Shown in pieces: positions 58,532 through 64,000 of a stretch of DNA of 64,000 nt; the first letter of the stretch is position 1; every line of letters begins with the position of its first letter. The stretch comes from a virus, in IMG/VR virus record IMGVR_UViG_3300032242_002477, positions 1 through 64,000 of that record. One strand, 5' to 3'. Position numbers and translations under genes: made by a program. The notes under the pieces were generated by a model. That model searched no databases. It saw only the letters and a list, made by a program, of their open reading frames with translations, and was not told the DNA's origin.

Positions 58532-59188
58532 ATGTCATTTTATAATCCTAATCAAGCAGGTATCCCAGGAAATCACGGCTCTGGGTTTGGTAATTTATTT
58601 AGCGGTTTTAGATATGGAACGTACGGCGACCACCATCGTGGTCGTAGCGGGTTGACATTCGGTAGCGGCAGACAGATGAAACAGTACTTTGAAAACCAAG
58701 CTGAACTTGAACGAGTAAAAGCTCAACACAGCATGGACATGAAAACTCATGAAGCTAATGTAGGCGATTGGTCAGAGCAGCAGACTCACGGAAGAAACAA
58801 GGACGACCGCGAGCATTCTAATACTGAAATGCAAAAAATTATGGATGCAAATCCTCATCTCGCGCATTATGATGCAAATAACAACGTATACAAGTTTGGT
58901 AAGCGCGAAACACCAGCTGCAGGGCCAGCTGCAGGGCCAGCGGCAGGGCCAGCTGCCGACGGTCTAGTAGGTTCTTCTGAAGAAGGTCACGGTGGAGACG
59001 GAAACGCTAGCTATGAAGACGCATCTAATGCTGTGTTAGGTGGTCACATTGCACCATTGCAGGCTATGGATTTAAGCCCAGAGTACGGTCAGCAATGGGC
59101 ACTGGCCAAGGTAGATGCTGACGGTCGTACAGCAAAGATGGGACCACAGTTTAAGGTTGCAGATAACTTCGTTCACCCAGATGATTAA
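58532..59188 (+). CDS. Hypothetical protein with (PAAG)n repeat
   Basis: 12-bp tandem repeat at 58913-58956. Confidence 0.6.
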   Translation: MSFYNPNQAGIPGNHGSGFGNLFSGFRYGTYGDHHRGRSGLTFGSGRQMKQYFENQAELERVKAQHSMDMKTHEANVGDWSEQQTHGRNKDDREHSNTEMQKIMDANPHLAHYDANNNVYKFGKRETPAAGPAAGPAAGPAADGLVGSSEEGHGGDGNASYEDASNAVLGGHIAPLQAMDLSPEYGQQWALAKVDADGRTAKMGPQFKVADNFVHPDD

Positions 59189-59557
59189 TGAGCAGGAAAC
59201 TCAATCGCTTAGTAAGGTAGACCCAAGAGAGTTTTGGGATGCGCTTACTAGAGCAAAAGGCGCCATTGATGGGCAAGAAACTGAAGCCCTGCAATGGAAT
59301 CGGTGGTCCGTGTGAGAAGCAAAGAATTTGATAACTCTGTAGAAAAACCCTTAACTGTAATTGACAGTAGGTTTGGGCTTCGCAGATTACCTAAAAGCAA
59401 CGAAAAACCAACAGCATTTAGTTATGACACGCCTGGGCGTGGACCAAATGGTGAACATCAAAGCTAACGCTTAGCAAGACTGCGTAAAGGGCTGCCAGTA
59501 AACTTATGAGGTCCCAACGCGCATGGGATATATCCTCTCTAGAGACAAGGAATCTTA

Positions 59558-60940
59558 ATGGCAATTCGCGACTCGGGTTATAAGAATAACTCGGCAGGAA
59601 ACATTCAGACAGATTTTGTGTATGGACCTTTTCCAGCACAAACAAATGATGACCGTTCTGGTACGGCAACAGATTACAAGACCCCTGCTTCATACAACGC
59701 AACTGGCGGGTCAACAGGAGATAAAGCTTGGGGCACAACCACAGATTTTGCCTCTGCACCAATTACAACAACAAATATTTCAGTAGCTGCTAACCAACTT
59801 ACTTTGACTGTTAACCCAGATAATCATGTTAACGTTGTTAACGGTTGGGACAACTACCCTAACTACACAGACCCAGGTAAAACAGGAACTGGCTACAACC
59901 CAGCTGGCTATCTCTATGGCGTAATCACTGCTGCATCAGGTAACGGTACAACTGTTACTTACACAGCTAACAACAACTTCACAGTTGGACAGACTGTAAC
60001 AATTACAGGTCTTTACAACTCTGTATCAGCTGGTTCATCTCAGCCAATCAGCACTCAGTACTACGCTCCAACTTACACGACCTCATCGGCTTTCAACTTG
60101 TCTGGCGTAACAATTGCTTCAGCTACAGCTACAGGTTTCACCGTTACAAACTCAACTACAGGCACAGCAGTATCTGGTGCTAATGGTCTTGCTACAGTTA
60201 CAATCGCTGCAGGTACTGGAACAGCGACTGTCCCAACACTTACGGGTTTAACACAGGATGAGGCCGACCGACTTCTTAACAACGCTGACTTTGACAACGG
60301 TACAGCTACCTATGTCACAGCTGGTGCTACTGAGGTAGACCTTGTTGCTACAGGAATCACGGCAGCATCTGCTACTGGTGGAACGGTTACCTACACAGTA
60401 CCTAACAATTTCACTGCAGGTCAGGTAGTAAGCATCTTTGGTCTTTCAACAGCTGCTTTCAATCTTTCTAAAGTAACAATTGCAACAGCTTCTGCTACAG
60501 GCTTTACTGTAACAAACGCTGCAACAGGTACTGCAGTATCTGGGGCATCTGCTACTCAAGTAGCAGTATATGGCGCAACAGCCGCTATCACAGGAACCAA
60601 TACATATACCTACACAGTTGCAAACAGTTTTGTAGCTGGTCAAATTGTAAGCATTTCTGGTTTTGCTTCAGCTAACTACAACCTAGTTAACGCTACAATT
60701 GCTACAGCAAGCTCAACTAATTTTACTGTAACAGGCACAGGGCTTACTAACAGCACTGCAGTTGGAACAGGAACAGTAGTTGCTAGCCCAGCAATTGCGC
60801 GTGTACCAGCTAATGCTAAGACAATCAAGAGCTACACACCAACAGGTACACAGACTGTTGGAACTGCAATCAACACTACCGTATGGAAAAAAGCTTTTGG
60901 CGCTGCTGTAGGTACTCAGGACGGAACATTCACTTACTAA
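59558..60940 (+). CDS. Thr/Ala/Gly-rich virion structural protein with three beta-repeat domains
   Basis: Three 'N.F..GQ.V.I.G...FNL...TIA.A..T.FTV' repeats. Confidence 0.7.
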   Translation: MAIRDSGYKNNSAGNIQTDFVYGPFPAQTNDDRSGTATDYKTPASYNATGGSTGDKAWGTTTDFASAPITTTNISVAANQLTLTVNPDNHVNVVNGWDNYPNYTDPGKTGTGYNPAGYLYGVITAASGNGTTVTYTANNNFTVGQTVTITGLYNSVSAGSSQPISTQYYAPTYTTSSAFNLSGVTIASATATGFTVTNSTTGTAVSGANGLATVTIAAGTGTATVPTLTGLTQDEADRLLNNADFDNGTATYVTAGATEVDLVATGITAASATGGTVTYTVPNNFTAGQVVSIFGLSTAAFNLSKVTIATASATGFTVTNAATGTAVSGASATQVAVYGATAAITGTNTYTYTVANSFVAGQIVSISGFASANYNLVNATIATASSTNFTVTGTGLTNSTAVGTGTVVASPAIARVPANAKTIKSYTPTGTQTVGTAINTTVWKKAFGAAVGTQDGTFTY

Positions 60941-60949
60941 TTAATAAGT

Positions 60950-60986
60950 AAAAAGCCCCCTGCTTTTTTGGCAGGGGGCTTTTTTG
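60950..60986. terminator. Bidirectional terminator
   Basis: AAAAGCCCCCTGC...GCAGGGGGCTTTTTT. Confidence 0.88.
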
Positions 60987-60995
60987 TATTCCTTT

Positions 60996-61511
60996 CTAGT
61001 ACCAGTAATGTTTTTTCCAGAATTTAACAGCGGAACAGGCGGTTCCATATCTAGATTTTATGTAGTGTAGACCGTATGTAATTTGTAAAGATGGTACAGA
61101 AGTTTTCTTTACAGAGTAATTATCCCAAGTAGTGGGCATAAATTGAGCGATGCCATACGCTCCAGAGCCCTTATTTTGGGCTAATGGATTAAAGTTACTT
61201 TCTTTACTCCATAATTGATTTAGGCACTTCCATTGCGCCAGTTTCCAGCCTTTTACATAGACCATTAAAAATGTTAATGCTTGGGCATCATACATATCTT
61301 TGAATGGACTATTAAGGGCTTTAACAGCCTCTAATCGGGTCATAGTTAAGTTCATGTGATTGAGCCCAACTGACACTCTTAAAGACGCCTCTGCGACCTT
61401 CGCAGGTGCTGGCTCTGGCGTTACGCTTAGAGCCATAGCTGGACTTGCAAGATGGGAACCCATGATTAGGGTTATCGCCATTACAGCCAACTTCTTTCTG
61501 ATATTAAGCAT
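60996..61511 (-). CDS. Secreted lytic transglycosylase (SLT, actinobacterial type)
   Basis: Signal peptide; 'CL..LW.KESNFNP.A.N..SGAYGIAQ...YIKSRYG..C.A...W....WY'. Confidence 0.85.
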   Translation of the reverse strand: MLNIRKKLAVMAITLIMGSHLASPAMALSVTPEPAPAKVAEASLRVSVGLNHMNLTMTRLEAVKALNSPFKDMYDAQALTFLMVYVKGWKLAQWKCLNQLWSKESNFNPLAQNKGSGAYGIAQFMPTTWDNYSVKKTSVPSLQITYGLHYIKSRYGTACSAVKFWKKHYWY

Positions 61512-61735
61512 TTCTGCTCCTCTCAGTAGTGCAAAAAAGAACCATCGCTGGTTCTTCATATCCTATGAAACACTAGAGTTACGGCCCGTGTCAAGTTCAA
61601 GACACCCGTCTTTACAGAGAAAAATAAAAAATATATGTGTAAAATATTAAAAACAGTACTTTTTGCGCTATTTATATTTGTAAAACTTGATTGTAGCTTG
61701 TACCCCACCTTCTACAGAACAGGCACCCTTCGCAA

Positions 61736-62246
61736 ATGACACCTTCTGATTGGTCAACCATCATATACTCCTATTTTTTTGTAAGCATTGGGGTGCTTAG
61801 TGGCCTTTGGTTTGTTATTAAAAGAACAATTAATCACGTAATAGCAGAGCATATAGAAGACATTAAAATTATTAAACATGAGGTAACTCCAAATAGCGGA
61901 GGGTCTCTTAATGACAAGATTAATAAAGAAGTTATACCGATGTTAACTACGCTGGTAGAAAAACAACAAAAGATTGCGGTAGATGTGGCAACTATCACAG
62001 GTAAGTTTGAGCAACATATACGGGAACATGAGTAATAGTTAAACATAAATGATAAATTTTTTTAAAAAAAATAGAAGAAAATTTCGTTCTGTATTTTCTA
62101 CATGGTTTCAATCTTTTCTAGCTTTTGAGCTAGCACTTCACGCTAAAGATTTAATAACTAAAGACGTGGTAATACCAGCAATTATGGCGGCTATTATTCC
62201 TGTTATACTTCGGTGGGCTAACCCCAAAGATTCGTTTCCAGATTAG
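61736..62246 (+). CDS. Two membrane/holin-like proteins (61736-62035, 62049-62246)
   Basis: TM segments; 'PNSGGSL.D'; 'ILRWANPKD'. Confidence 0.6.
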
Positions 62247-62256
62247 GAGAGATTAA

Positions 62257-62802
62257 ATGACTTATAAATTCATACAAGCTAAACATTACAGCCCTGGACG
62301 TGGTGGCAAAAAACCACATTTAATTGTAATCCACACAATGGAAACCCCAGAAAATGAAGGAAGAGCTGCTCAGGTAGCCAATTGGTTTGCTGGAGCAACG
62401 GCTCCAGATTCTAGTGCTCACTATATGGTGGATGACAAACAAGTTCTTCAGTCAGTTAAGGATGAAGATACTGCTTGGGCTGTAGGTGATTTTCCCTTAA
62501 ATCAAGTTAGCATAAGTATTGAGCACGCGGGCACGGCTTCCCAAACAGCAGCTCAATGGGCCGACGATTACTCTAAAGCTGAACTAGCACTTAGTAGCGC
62601 TTTAGCAGCCGAACTAGCTCATAAATGGGGTATACCTGCAGTTAAATTAACTCCAGAAGATATTTTGGCTGGTAAGTCTGGTTTCTGTGGCCACGCTGAT
62701 ATAACTGCTGCTAAAAAAGTAGCTGGCGGTCACACAGACCCAGGCGCTCATTTTCCTTGGGACTTTTACCTGTCTACAATTAAAACAAAAATGGTAAAAT
62801 AG
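62257..62802 (+). CDS. Endolysin, N-acetylmuramoyl-L-alanine amidase (Amidase_2)
   Basis: 'IVIHT', 'SAHY', 'AWAVG', 'SISIE', 'GH', 'HTDPG'. Confidence 0.9.
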   Translation: MTYKFIQAKHYSPGRGGKKPHLIVIHTMETPENEGRAAQVANWFAGATAPDSSAHYMVDDKQVLQSVKDEDTAWAVGDFPLNQVSISIEHAGTASQTAAQWADDYSKAELALSSALAAELAHKWGIPAVKLTPEDILAGKSGFCGHADITAAKKVAGGHTDPGAHFPWDFYLSTIKTKMVK

Positions 62803-62829
62803 CTCCTAGAACTAAATTAGGGAGAGATA

Positions 62830-63120
62830 GTGAAAATAAATAGTAAAAAATTAATATCTTTGGCAGAACACTATGCTTATGCAACTCTTGCAGCAGGCCT
62901 AGCTATTTGGCAAAGTGGTAACCACAATATCAAAGAAGTAGCTTGGGCAGCGCTTATTGGAGTTTTAGGGCCAGTTGTTGCTCATGTTAACCCAAAAAGC
63001 CTTATTAACACTATTGCTAAAGAGGCTAATTTAGACGCAGAAACTACTGCTGTATTAGAAAAAATAGCTGAGCCAGTAGTTGAAGCTGCTATTGCGAAGA
63101 CTGAGCCCGTAAAAAAATAA
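62830..63120 (+). CDS. Holin-like protein
   Basis: Two hydrophobic segments; follows the endolysin. Confidence 0.55.
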   Translation: MKINSKKLISLAEHYAYATLAAGLAIWQSGNHNIKEVAWAALIGVLGPVVAHVNPKSLINTIAKEANLDAETTAVLEKIAEPVVEAAIAKTEPVKK

Positions 63121-63193
63121 GCTATCTAAAACTTGAGGGGACCAGATAATACCTGGTCCCCTTTTTCGTATATAATAAATGTAGGAGGAGTTT

Positions 63194-63668
63194 ATGCAAT
63201 GCGCCAATTGTTCTAACGTATCAGTTTTTAAAGTAGATGACCCAGGAGCTATGCCTGTTCATTACTGTGCAGTTTGTTTGCCTGTTCATATGCGAACTAG
63301 AGCTTCTGCTGGACACTTTGACATTAAAGTCGAAGAAGTTATTGTTGTAGAAGAACCTACACCAGAAAAAAATAAAACTGCGACTAAAAAAAAGGTAACT
63401 AGTGAGAGTAACGAGAACTAAAGCCGTACAGGTGCATCCTGTTCCTTCTAGAATAACTTCACCTAAGGGCCCATTTCCTCCTGAACTTTTTCGCGAATCA
63501 AAGATTGTTACTGAATACGACTTTGCTTCCCCAGAAGACGGAAGCGATTTTCCTGTTGGAGCCACAGTTCAAAATGATTTTCAAGAAGTTAAGTGGATGA
63601 TTTGCGCTTCTTGCTATGAAAGAATGCCAGAAGCAAAAACTGGTGACCATGTTTGTGAGGAAGAATGA
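63194..63668 (+). CDS. Two small zinc-finger proteins (63194-63421, 63402-63668)
   Basis: CANC...CAVC; CASC...HVC. Confidence 0.55.
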
Positions 63669-64000
63669 ATAGAAAAAAAGTTCAACTACCTTCTTGGGCA
63701 GAAATTACTAGCGCTAATCAAACTGAAGATGTAGCGGAAAACTTTGCTATGGGGTCTGAGCAACCTCCAGAAGACCCAGATTTTCAAACCTTAGATTCTC
63801 TTGCTATGCGCCCAACTTCATCGTCTAACCCAGCGCGTCCCCGAACTACTCAAGCTGGATACGATTATAGAACTGAAACTATGACAATAGTATTTAGAGA
63901 TGGTACTTGGTATGACTATTACAATGTGCCTCTTCCACTTTGGGAAGGATTTGTATTAGCACCATCTAAAGGAACGTATTTAAGAGAATCTGGTTTAGAT
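63665..64000 (+). CDS. KTSC-domain protein (3'-truncated)
   Basis: 'GYD...TMTIVFRDG..YDYYNVP...W..F..APSKG.Y'. Confidence 0.75.
   Translation, partial: MNRKKVQLPSWAEITSANQTEDVAENFAMGSEQPPEDPDFQTLDSLAMRPTSSSNPARPRTTQAGYDYRTETMTIVFRDGTWYDYYNVPLPLWEGFVLAPSKGTYLRESGLD

Noticed and set aside
1-64000. tRNA/rRNA genes, reverse transcriptase (DGR/retron), introns or inteins in polA, dnaB, recA, nrdJ
   Set aside because: None recognised by eye and protein lengths are normal; tRNAscan-SE/Infernal were not run, so small RNAs could be missed

Overview
A 64-kb segment of a tailed dsDNA phage with a contractile (myovirus-type) baseplate. The host is most likely an actinobacterium; the moderately AT-rich sequence suggests a freshwater, low-GC lineage. 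Host evidence: two WhiB proteins, an MSMEG_6728-type glycosylase, DUF4192, leaderless genes and an actinobacterial-type LexA box. Layout: tape-measure end, baseplate and tail (1-9.3 kb); replication and recombination (9.4-25 kb: DnaC-like loader, DnaB, primase, SNF2 helicase, SSB, PolA, RecA, WhiB, Cas4-like and RuvC-like nucleases); accessory and small probable virion genes (25-35 kb); class II RNR (35.5-37.5 kb); a minus-strand putative early region (37.6-50.4 kb); small genes, Hsp20, an SLT transglycosylase and the lysis module (50.4-64 kb). The most striking structure is at 42.9-49.8 kb, an array of 1-2-gene cassettes separated by a conserved composite intergenic element. The array holds 11 perfect CRP boxes (TGTGA-N6-TCACA); ten lie exactly 5 bp from an invariant AGGGTGTAGGT box followed at near-fixed spacing by a -10 hexamer. 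Nine units also carry a GGGWGGGWGGG..CAACACAAAC motif and a terminator-like hairpin, and a perfect LexA box heads the array. All protein calls come from motif recognition by eye; no searches were run.
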